DNA of 64,000 nucleotides from an uncultured Candidatus Binatia bacterium. Its GTDB lineage: Bacteria > Desulfobacterota > Binatia > UBA9968 > JAJDTQ01. The stretch lies in NCBI GenBank assembly GCA_965213675.1, contig OZ243916.1, forward strand, positions 3,712,001 through 3,776,000. Direction: 5' to 3'. Shown here piece by piece: positions 8,666 through 16,770 of the stretch (the first letter of the stretch is position 1; every line of letters starts with the position of its first letter). Position numbers and translations under genes: made by a program. Below the pieces are notes generated by a model that ran no database searches, was not told the DNA's origin, and saw only the letters and a list, made by a program, of their open reading frames with translations.

Positions 8666-9682
8666 CTACGTCAATCGCGGCGCCACTTTCTCTGTCAACA
8701 GCCGGATGGAGTTGAGGACCTGGTCGTGGGGGATCTGGCCGCCGTGGTTGACGTCCAGAATCATGCCGGTCAAGCCGGTGCGCTCGCGGAATTCCTCGAT
8801 GCGGTCGATGACCGATTCGGGGGAGCCGTAGATGACGCGGGTGCGCAGGAACGAGTCGTAGTCTTCCAGGAACGCCTGGGCCTGGGCCACGCGGTCGGCG
8901 GCATTCATGGCCGTGGCCTCGGCGATGACGCGGTTGAGGTCGTGGACCACGCTGGCCCGGGGAATGTCCCGCGCCGCGTTTTCCGACTCGGCGACGAAGA
9001 TGGGCACGCGCACGTGGATCTCGGGCGGCTCGGCGTGGCCCGCGGCCTGCCATTCCTCGCGATAGATCGCCAGGCGGTCCTCGTAGTAGTCGCCCATGAA
9101 CCACAGTACGACGTGGTAACCGCTGCGGGCGGTGTGGGCGAAGCCCTCCGGCGTGCGCACGGCCATGTAGATGGGAGGATGGGGCTGCTGGAGCGGGCGC
9201 GGCGAAATGCTCACGTCGTGATACGAGTAGTAGTCGCCTTCGAAGGAGAAGGTCTCCTGGGTGAACGCGCGCATGACGATCTCGAACGACTCGGCGAAAC
9301 GCGCCGGGCTTTCCGAGTAGGGAATGTTGAAGCCGTCGTAGAACTTGGGGATGCTGCTGCGGCCGATACCGAAGTCGAAGCGGCCGTGGCTGATGTGGTC
9401 GATGGACGCCACCTCTTCGGCAATGCGCAGGGGGTTTCCCAGGGGCAGCACCTGCACCGCCGTGCCAATGCGCACGCGCTCGGTGCGCGCCGCGATGGCC
9501 CCGGCCACCATCATGGAGGCGGAGAGTACCGACGCCTTGGGCCGGAAATGGTGCTCGACGATCCAGATGGAGTCCAGCCCCATGGATTCGGCGGCATCCA
9601 CCTGATCGAACAATTCGTCGAAGGCGAGGGTCTGCGTCCGACCTTCGCGAACGTGGCAATCAACCAACAAACCGAGTTTCAT
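8666..9682 (-). CDS. LLM class flavin-dependent oxidoreductase (luciferase-like)
   Basis: WIVEHHF, RTERVRIGTAV, PLRIAEEVASIDHISHGRFDFGIGR, PRPLQQPHPPI. Confidence 0.92.
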   Translation of the reverse strand: MKLGLLVDCHVREGRTQTLAFDELFDQVDAAESMGLDSIWIVEHHFRPKASVLSASMMVAGAIAARTERVRIGTAVQVLPLGNPLRIAEEVASIDHISHGRFDFGIGRSSIPKFYDGFNIPYSESPARFAESFEIVMRAFTQETFSFEGDYYSYHDVSISPRPLQQPHPPIYMAVRTPEGFAHTARSGYHVVLWFMGDYYEDRLAIYREEWQAAGHAEPPEIHVRVPIFVAESENAARDIPRASVVHDLNRVIAEATAMNAADRVAQAQAFLEDYDSFLRTRVIYGSPESVIDRIEEFRERTGLTGMILDVNHGGQIPHDQVLNSIRLLTEKVAPRLT

Positions 9683-9849
9683 CCCGTCATCCCCGTTGCG
9701 CGGCCCAACGTATCCTTTGCATGTTGGCGCCGTCGCCTTTGTCTACCCGCGCGGACCGACACCGGGGTGAGCATGGAACCCACCCCCAGTGTCGCTCGCG
9801 GAGGCTCTTCTCGCGTTGTGTATGCCCGGCTGTGCGGGACGGGCCTGGA

Positions 9850-10920
9850 CTATGCTGCCTGCAGGTCCCTGTAGTGGAAGTCCTTGGAGATGGGCGCCAG
9901 GCCGCTGGCGATGACCGACCAGCTTTCGCCGGCGTCGTCGCTGCCGTAGATCTCCCCGCTGGTGGTGGCGGCGAAGACCGAAACCGAATCGCCCGAGGCT
10001 TCCAGGCACAGCGCTTCGACGCTCGCCTGCAGGCGGTCCGGGAGTCCGTTGCGCAGGATCTCCCAGGTTTGCCCGCCGTCCGTGCTGCGCGAGATGCGCG
10101 CGCCCGCGAAATGCGTCCGTTGCCACTGGCCCGGGTTGTACTGTGCCGCGCTCAGGAACATCATGTCGGGATTCAGCGGATTGAGCACGCATCCGTCGGG
10201 ATAGTCGCCGTTCTCACACGGCCGCACGAGCCGCTCCTCAAAGTTCTTGCCGCCGTCCGCGGAGACGTACAACCCGCGTCCGGTCACTTCATACAGGCGA
10301 TGGGAGTCCTGCGGGTGGATCACCAGCCGGTGGGCGTCCTCGTAGATTCCGAGAAGCTCTTCGAAGGACTCGCCGCGGTCCCGGCTCCTCAGGAGGCCGC
10401 CGACTTCCACGCTCACGTACACGGTGTCGGGGTCGTGGGGGTCGAAGTTGATGTGCTTGGCGTGGGCGATGTGCGGCGGCACCGGGAACTTCCATTTGGG
10501 CACGCTGGGCACGGATCGGAACGCCGGCAGCTCGGTCCAGTGCTCCCCCATGTCGTCGCTGCAGAACAGGTGCGCCGGCTCGGTGCCGGCATAGAGCCGG
10601 GTGCGGCCGTTGCTGCGGGACGAATTGACGCTGTAGACGTCCCGTTCGGTCAACCCGTTCTCGCGCGCCTCCCAGGTGGCGCCATGGTCCGCGCTCACGT
10701 GCAGGCCGGCGTGAAACGCGCCGACGAAGAACAGGCCGCTCTCCGGTTCCTGGTGGATGGCGCTGATGTGCTTGTCCTCCAGCATGTGGCGCGCGACGCG
10801 CCAGCCGCCGGAGTCGCGCTCCAGCACCGCGATGCCTTTCCGGGTTCCCACCCACAACTCGTCGGAGCGGGAGGGGGATGAATACATGGTGGTTCCGCCG
10901 TGGGACAGTGCGATGGACAT
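9850..10920 (-). CDS. BNR/Asp-box beta-propeller protein (YCF48/sialidase-like)
   Basis: Repeated SxDxGxxW Asp-boxes (SADHGATW, SDDMGEHW, STDGGQTW, SDDAGESW); GGAGG SD before MSIALSHGG. Confidence 0.85.
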   Translation of the reverse strand: MSIALSHGGTTMYSSPSRSDELWVGTRKGIAVLERDSGGWRVARHMLEDKHISAIHQEPESGLFFVGAFHAGLHVSADHGATWEARENGLTERDVYSVNSSRSNGRTRLYAGTEPAHLFCSDDMGEHWTELPAFRSVPSVPKWKFPVPPHIAHAKHINFDPHDPDTVYVSVEVGGLLRSRDRGESFEELLGIYEDAHRLVIHPQDSHRLYEVTGRGLYVSADGGKNFEERLVRPCENGDYPDGCVLNPLNPDMMFLSAAQYNPGQWQRTHFAGARISRSTDGGQTWEILRNGLPDRLQASVEALCLEASGDSVSVFAATTSGEIYGSDDAGESWSVIASGLAPISKDFHYRDLQAA

Positions 10921-11151
10921 GGCTGTGCCTCCTTGGACGAAAGGGCTCGGGACGTGCGCCGCGCGATGATCGTGGCCGGACGCGGAAGCCCGCGTGTGAA
11001 AACGAAGCGGACGGAAAGGGACCCTCCGCCTATGCAAGGCGGTACACCTTCGCTATGGTGGTGTCAAGCATTGCAAGGCCGGGCCGGCGGGCGTGAAAGC
11101 GGGCTGTGCCTGATCCCGCCCGGACACGAACCGGCGCCAGCGGCCCGGACC

Positions 11152-11177
11152 GTCATTCCCGCGGAAGCGGGAATCCA
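11152..11177. repeat. REP-like palindrome GTCATTCCCGCGGAAGCGGGAATCCA
   Basis: Palindromic ATTCCCGC-N4-GCGGGAAT; related copy at 4757-4807. Confidence 0.65.
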
Positions 11178-11259
11178 TGGATGGTGGGGTGGGGAACAAG
11201 GACCGTGGGTTGCAGCTTTGTGACCCCCTGAAGGACCCGCCCGCATTGCATCTTCATAT

Positions 11260-11293
11260 CAAGGACGTATCCGAGCCAAGGACGTATCCGAGC
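11260..11293. repeat. 17-bp perfect tandem duplication (CAAGGACGTATCCGAGC)x2
   Basis: Read directly, upstream of the NMT1-like gene. Confidence 0.9.
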
Positions 11294-11327
11294 CGTTGGC
11301 GCCTCGCGGAAGACAGCGGGAGACTGG

Positions 11328-12266
11328 ATGCAAGTCACACGGTTACGGGTGCTCTACGGGGTTCTCGGCGAGGGGAGCGGAAGCGTGGCGCGCGACCCCA
11401 CCGGGTATCTGGGAATCGAGCAAGGCATCTACCGGCGGCATGGGCTGGATCTGTCCTGGAACCACGTGCAGGGCACGGACGAGCGCAATCAGGCGCTGGC
11501 GGACGGCGACGCCGATCTGTCCCTCGTCATCGGGCGGGCGTCGCTCCAGCATTTCCTGCGCGCGGAGGCCACGCGGCTCATCGGCTCGTGCATGAACAGC
11601 AGCCCCTACGTGCTGATGGCCCCGGCCGGGACACGCGAGCTTGCGCATCTCGAGGGCAAGGTGCTGGCATGCCGCCGTGTCATCGCCGAGGCGGCGCCGC
11701 TGGCGAAAACGTTCCGCGGCCTGGCCCGTCTCGAATTGGGAACGGATCTCGGCCTGGACACGGTGGATACCGATCAACAGGCGCTGGATCGGCTCACCGA
11801 GGGGTCCGTGGGCGCGGCGCTGTTGCCGCGGCCCTTCGATTTCGTCGCACGGCAACGGGGCTTCCTGCCGCTCGCCGGCTGGCCGGTGGTGGCGGACGAT
11901 CCCATGCCCATCACCGTCGAAACCATGGCGGCGCGGCTGAGCGAGAGAGGCGGCGCGATTGCGGCGTTCCTGGCCGCGCACCGGGAGGCGATCCGCTACC
12001 TGCAGGGGCATCGGAGCCAAACTCTGGCGATGCTCGACCGGGTGTTCGGCTATGCGCCCGATCTTGGCGCCGTGCTCTACGACGAGTACCTCGTGTCGTT
12101 GGACCCGCGGCTGACCGTCGACCTCCCGCAAGTGGAGAAACTCCTGCGCCTGACCGCGCCCAACGCGGGCGTCGGCGCGTCCGAGCTGGTGTCGCGCTGG
12201 CTCGCGCCGGGAGCGGCAACCCCCGAGGCCCCGGGCGCCGGCTCCCGAGCGCCCGACACGGCATGA
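11328..12266 (+). CDS. NMT1/THI5-like (SsuA-type) substrate-binding fold protein
   Basis: EQGIYRRHGLDL, ALADGDADL, LEGKVLA, FLAAHREAIRYL pattern typical of type 2 periplasmic-binding fold proteins; no obvious signal peptide. Confidence 0.7.
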   Translation: MQVTRLRVLYGVLGEGSGSVARDPTGYLGIEQGIYRRHGLDLSWNHVQGTDERNQALADGDADLSLVIGRASLQHFLRAEATRLIGSCMNSSPYVLMAPAGTRELAHLEGKVLACRRVIAEAAPLAKTFRGLARLELGTDLGLDTVDTDQQALDRLTEGSVGAALLPRPFDFVARQRGFLPLAGWPVVADDPMPITVETMAARLSERGGAIAAFLAAHREAIRYLQGHRSQTLAMLDRVFGYAPDLGAVLYDEYLVSLDPRLTVDLPQVEKLLRLTAPNAGVGASELVSRWLAPGAATPEAPGAGSRAPDTA

Positions 12267-12383
12267 ATATCCGCCGGCACGCCGCATGGGCCGGACCCCG
12301 CCGGGGCTGCTGGCCGGACGCCCCTGCCGGAGACTGTCCCGGCAACCGCCACGGGTGCTGAAGCGACACCACACCAGGTTGTC

Positions 12384-13304
12384 ATGCCGGTTCCCGCCGA
12401 AGCCATAGCCCTGATGGCGGCCTTCGCGTACGCGGCGGTTTCGGTTTCCTCGCGGCTGGGGCTGCAATACTCCACGCCGCTCACCGCCACCTGCGTTGCC
12501 ATGACCGTGCGCATGACGCTGTTGTGGTGCGCGGTCGCGGTCACGGGCGGCGTGCCCGCGGTGGCCAGGCTTGCGTTTCTGCTGTTTGTGCTGCTGGGCG
12601 TGATGCAGGCCGTGACGAGCTATCTGAGCTTCACCGGCGTTGCCCGCATCGGCGCGTCGCGCAGCCAGCCGCTGCGCACCACCTATCCGCTCTGGAGCGC
12701 GGTGTGGTCGGTGGCGCTCCTGGGCGAGCGCCTGACACCGGGTCTCATGACCGGGACCGTGCTGGTGGTGGCGGGCACCGTGTTGATCTCCTGGAGTCCC
12801 CGCCGCGACGCCGAACCACGGCGGGGCGCCGGGGGCGGCCAGGCGGTTGCCGGTGCCGCGGTTCCTCGCCAACGCGGGTGGTACATCGTCTTTCCCCTGG
12901 GCGCGGCGTTCCTGGCGGGCATCGCGTTCCCGGTGCGCCGCTATGCACTGGACATCTCCAACCAGCCGCTGTTCTTCGCCGCGGTGCTGGCCACGGTGGC
13001 GGCGGTGTGCCTGGCCGTCTCCCTGTCCGCCGGTGGCATCCGCGGGCGCTTCTCCTGGAACCGGCGCGCGCTGTGGCCCTTCATTTGCGCTGGCGCCTTT
13101 GAGACGGTGGCTTCGCTGTTCTCGCTCATCGCCGTCAGCATGGGCCAGGTGGTGGCGGTGGCGCCGCTGGTGGCGACCTCGCCGCTCTGGACCCAGGTGC
13201 TGGCCCTGCTGTTTCTGCGCGGGGTGGAACGGCTCAATGTCCGGTCGGTCATCGGCACCGTCCTGGTGGTGGCCGGCACCGTCACCATCATCGCGGGCCG
13301 TTGA
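12384..13304 (+). CDS. DMT/EamA family transporter
   Basis: About 10 TM segments in two repeats; IGASRSQPL, LLGERL. Confidence 0.88.
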   Translation: MPVPAEAIALMAAFAYAAVSVSSRLGLQYSTPLTATCVAMTVRMTLLWCAVAVTGGVPAVARLAFLLFVLLGVMQAVTSYLSFTGVARIGASRSQPLRTTYPLWSAVWSVALLGERLTPGLMTGTVLVVAGTVLISWSPRRDAEPRRGAGGGQAVAGAAVPRQRGWYIVFPLGAAFLAGIAFPVRRYALDISNQPLFFAAVLATVAAVCLAVSLSAGGIRGRFSWNRRALWPFICAGAFETVASLFSLIAVSMGQVVAVAPLVATSPLWTQVLALLFLRGVERLNVRSVIGTVLVVAGTVTIIAGR

Positions 13305-13328
13305 GTCCGCCGAAGGCAGCACGTCGTC

Positions 13329-14210
13329 ATGCTCCCTGAACTCGTCGCCGTCGTTTCCGCCGCCATGTATGCGGTGAGCTTCATCGTGGCGCGGCGGGGC
13401 CTGCGCTACTCCACCCCGGCCACCGTGACGGCGTTCTCCATGCTGTTCCAGGCCGGGATCTACGGCGTGGCGGCGGCGATTCGGGGGCTGCCCGACTTCA
13501 CTTGGAATGCCGTGGCGTTGATGGTGGCGGCCGGCAGCCTGCAGCCGTTCGTGCGCCAGTTGACCTATCGCGGCATGCAGACCATCGGCGCCGCCCGGAG
13601 CGGTTCGCTGCGGGCCACCCATCCTTTCTGGGCCGGCATCATTGCGATTGCACTTTTGGGGGAAGAGCTGACGTGGGCCGTGTTCCTGGGGAACGTGACG
13701 GTGGTGGCCGGCATCGCGGCCATCTCGCGGGAAGGCGCCCGGGCGGCGGATGTGAAAACGGATGCGCGGGCCGAAACCCCCGGATGGTTTGTGCTCGTGC
13801 CCCTGGCCGCCGCGTTGATGGCGGGCATCGCCTTCCCCTTGCGGCGGGCCGCGCTGATCCTCACCCCCGAGCCGGTTTTCTTCACCGCCGTCACCGGCAC
13901 CGTGGGCCTGGCCCTGCTGGCCATCACCCAGGCCATACCGGGCCTGGCCCAACGTTACGTCTGGGACCGGCGCGCGTTCTGGCCCTTTGTCGCGGCCGGG
14001 CTCTTCGAAGGGGTCTCCGCCGGCGGCATCCTCTATGCCCTCAATGCCGGCGAGGTCATCGTCATCGCCCCCATCACCGCCACCCTCCCCATGTGGATCC
14101 TCCTGGGCACGGTGATCTTTCTCCGTGACATGGAACGGGTCACCCGCCGAACCGCGCTCGGGACGATGCTGGTGGTCATGGGGATCGTGCTGGTGTCGGT
14201 GGGGCGGTGA
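13329..14210 (+). CDS. DMT/EamA family transporter (paralog of the upstream gene)
   Basis: GLRYSTP, IGAARS, LLGEEL and AGIAFPxRR shared with 12384-13304. Confidence 0.88.
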   Translation: MLPELVAVVSAAMYAVSFIVARRGLRYSTPATVTAFSMLFQAGIYGVAAAIRGLPDFTWNAVALMVAAGSLQPFVRQLTYRGMQTIGAARSGSLRATHPFWAGIIAIALLGEELTWAVFLGNVTVVAGIAAISREGARAADVKTDARAETPGWFVLVPLAAALMAGIAFPLRRAALILTPEPVFFTAVTGTVGLALLAITQAIPGLAQRYVWDRRAFWPFVAAGLFEGVSAGGILYALNAGEVIVIAPITATLPMWILLGTVIFLRDMERVTRRTALGTMLVVMGIVLVSVGR

Positions 14211-14268
14211 CGCGGCCCAATGCGATCAACGGGGCTTTGAAACCCATTCCCGCATGGCGGCCCATGCT

Positions 14269-16377
14269 TCACGGCCGCGCCAGCTCGAAGTCGATCTCCC
14301 CCTGAAACAGCTTCACTCGCGCCACCTTTACCGTGACCGGGTCGCCCATGCGGAAGGTGCGGCCGTGGTTCTGGCCCTTGATGAGGTGGGCGGTGTCGTA
14401 ATAGCGGTAGAAGTCGTCGTCCAGGGACTTGAGGCCCACGAGGCCCTCTACGAACCAGCGGTCCAATTCGACGAAGAAGCCGAAGTGGGTGATGTCGGTG
14501 ATGACGCCGGTGTGTTCCTGGCCGATCTTGTCGGTCATGAACTGGGCTTTCTTGAGGTCCACCATCTCGCGCTCGGCCTCCATGGCCAGGCGCTCGCGCC
14601 GGGAGCTGTGGTCGGCGGCTTCGCGCACCCAGGCGTCGAGGCCTTCGCGCGTCCCGGAGTCGAGCCTGGGGCTGGCGCTCGCGCGGTCCAGGAGTCGGTG
14701 CGCCATGAGGTCGGGGTAGCGGCGGATGGGGGAGGTGAAGTGCAGGTACGCGTCGGACGCCAGGCCGAAGTGGCCGATGTTCTCGGGGTCGTAGTACGCC
14801 TGTTTCATGGAACGCAGCAACATGCGGTTCAACACACGTTCCTCGGGCTTGCCGCGGCACGCTTCCAGGACGCGCTGGAGATCCTGCGACGAAATGCGGT
14901 CGCCGCTCCGGTGGAGCCGGTATCCCAGGGTGGACAGGAACGGGCCGATGGCGTCGAGGGTGTCCTCGTCGGGTCCCTCGTGCACGCGGTACACGCACGG
15001 GAACTTGCGCTTCCGCAAGGCGCCGGCCACGGTTTCGTTGGCGGCTATCATGAACTCCTCGATCATGCGGTGGGCGATGGTGCGGCGGGCGCGCCGGATG
15101 TCGATGGGCATGAGGTCGTCGTCCAACACGATCTCGGTCTCCGGCAGTTCGAAGTCGAGGCTGCCGCGGGCGCGCCGCCGTTCCATGAGGAGGTGGGTCA
15201 ACTCTTCCATGGAGCGGAGGGAATCGATCACTTGCGGATACCTGGCGACAACGGCGGTGTCCCGGTCCACCAGCATCCGTCCCACCTCGGTGTAGGTGAG
15301 CCGGGCCGCGCTGCGGATCACCGACGGGAAGATCTCCGCCCGTTCGACCTCGCCCTTGCGGTCGAACTCGAGGAGCGCCGTGCGCGTGAGGCGGTCCAGG
15401 CCCGGCTTGAGGCTGCAGATGCCGGTGGACAGCGCCGGCGGCAGCATGGGCAGGGCCCGGTCCGGGAAATAGACGCTGGTTCCGCGTTCATGGGCTTCCA
15501 CGTCCAGGGCGGAGTCTTGCGGCACATAGTGGGCCACGTCGGCGATGGAGACGTGGAGCCGGTAGCCGCCCCCGGCGGTGCGCTCGATGCCCACGGCGTC
15601 GTCGAAGTCCCGCGCGGTCTCGCCGTCCACGGTGAAGGTGGTGAGCGCGCGCAGGTCGCGGCGTCCATGCAGGCTCGCCGCCGCCCCGGCGTGGCGCTCG
15701 GCTTCCTGGACCGCCCCGTCCGAGAACTCCTCGGGCCAGCCGTAACGGAAGATCACCGCCTGGGCCTGGACCTCGGGATCGTCCGGCGCGCCCAGCACCC
15801 GTTCGAGCCGCGCTTCCGCGGGCGTGTAGCCGCCGCCGTACCGGGTCATCTCCACCGCCGCCACCTGCCCGGCCTGGACCGTTCCGGGCGCTTTCAGCGG
15901 GATGGCGGCCGCGACGCGCGGGTCCATGGGCGCCAGCACGGTGCGGTCGCCGTCGGTGCGCACCATGCCCACCAACCGCCGCTGGCCCCGCTCCAGCACC
16001 TCGACGACATGTCCCTGGCTGTCGCCGTGACGCTTCTTCTCCAGACGCACCCGCACCCGGTCGCCGTGCATGACCCGGCGCATCTCCCTGCGGCTGAGGT
16101 AGATGTCGTCCATGCCCTTCTGGTCGGGCACGACGAAGCCGAAGCCGTCGGGATGTCCCTGCACCACGCCGGCGACGAGGCTCGCGGCCTTGGCCAGGGT
16201 GTAGTGGTTCTTGTGGAGGCGGAGGACCTTGCGCTCGTGGATCAGTTCCTGGAGCGCTTCGAGCACCGTTTCGCGGTCTGTCTTGCCGAATCCCTTGCGT
16301 ATCTCCCGAAGGCTGAAGCGGTGTCCGGGGCGGGACCGCAGGACCGAGAGGACGCGCGGCTTGAGCGCGGTGTCCAT
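14269..16377 (-). CDS. rnr: Ribonuclease R
   Basis: HPDGFGF cold-shock domain, TVDGETARDFDDA, HVSIADV, HFGLA...HFTSPIRRYPDL and C-terminal S1 domain; start uncertain (16377 or 16413). Confidence 0.95.
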   Translation of the reverse strand: MDTALKPRVLSVLRSRPGHRFSLREIRKGFGKTDRETVLEALQELIHERKVLRLHKNHYTLAKAASLVAGVVQGHPDGFGFVVPDQKGMDDIYLSRREMRRVMHGDRVRVRLEKKRHGDSQGHVVEVLERGQRRLVGMVRTDGDRTVLAPMDPRVAAAIPLKAPGTVQAGQVAAVEMTRYGGGYTPAEARLERVLGAPDDPEVQAQAVIFRYGWPEEFSDGAVQEAERHAGAAASLHGRRDLRALTTFTVDGETARDFDDAVGIERTAGGGYRLHVSIADVAHYVPQDSALDVEAHERGTSVYFPDRALPMLPPALSTGICSLKPGLDRLTRTALLEFDRKGEVERAEIFPSVIRSAARLTYTEVGRMLVDRDTAVVARYPQVIDSLRSMEELTHLLMERRRARGSLDFELPETEIVLDDDLMPIDIRRARRTIAHRMIEEFMIAANETVAGALRKRKFPCVYRVHEGPDEDTLDAIGPFLSTLGYRLHRSGDRISSQDLQRVLEACRGKPEERVLNRMLLRSMKQAYYDPENIGHFGLASDAYLHFTSPIRRYPDLMAHRLLDRASASPRLDSGTREGLDAWVREAADHSSRRERLAMEAEREMVDLKKAQFMTDKIGQEHTGVITDITHFGFFVELDRWFVEGLVGLKSLDDDFYRYYDTAHLIKGQNHGRTFRMGDPVTVKVARVKLFQGEIDFELARP

Positions 16378-16420
16378 CAGCGCCGCCCCCGGGCGTACCA
16401 AGAGGGCGCGCATCTCCGGG

Positions 16421-16708
16421 TCACAGGCCGTCTCCGGCGCCAGGGTCCGCGCCCGCAAGCTCACCGAGAAGCCAGTCGTCGCCGAGACCTTCGGGCCGGG
16501 GAATCTCCTCCAGCGGGACTTCCCCGGCAAGGGCGTGGAGCACGTCCCGCGCCAGCGCCAGCGAGTCGTCCAGCACCAGCATCACGATGACGGCTTGATG
16601 CGCATCCACCGTGCGGATGATGCCCAGCAGTTCATACGACTCCACGATGAACTTGATGTAGGCGATGTCTTGCCGGCGCACCCGGAGGTAGAGTTCGTGG
16701 ACGTCCAT
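16421..16708 (-). CDS. DUF4911-like small protein
   Basis: YLRVRRQDIAYIKFIVESYELLGIIRTVD motif. Confidence 0.7.
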   Translation of the reverse strand: MDVHELYLRVRRQDIAYIKFIVESYELLGIIRTVDAHQAVIVMLVLDDSLALARDVLHALAGEVPLEEIPRPEGLGDDWLLGELAGADPGAGDGL

Positions 16709-16770
16709 GTGTGCGGGCCGCGGTGTCGCGAAGGGATGCGTGTGGCGTGGCCGGAGGGCGCCCTCCGGCG

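Noticed and set aside
11343-16590. Long ORFs 11343-13952 (-) and 14125-16590 (+)
   Set aside because: Antisense to well-supported genes (SBP/EamA, rnr); typical of high-GC DNA and without recognisable motifs.
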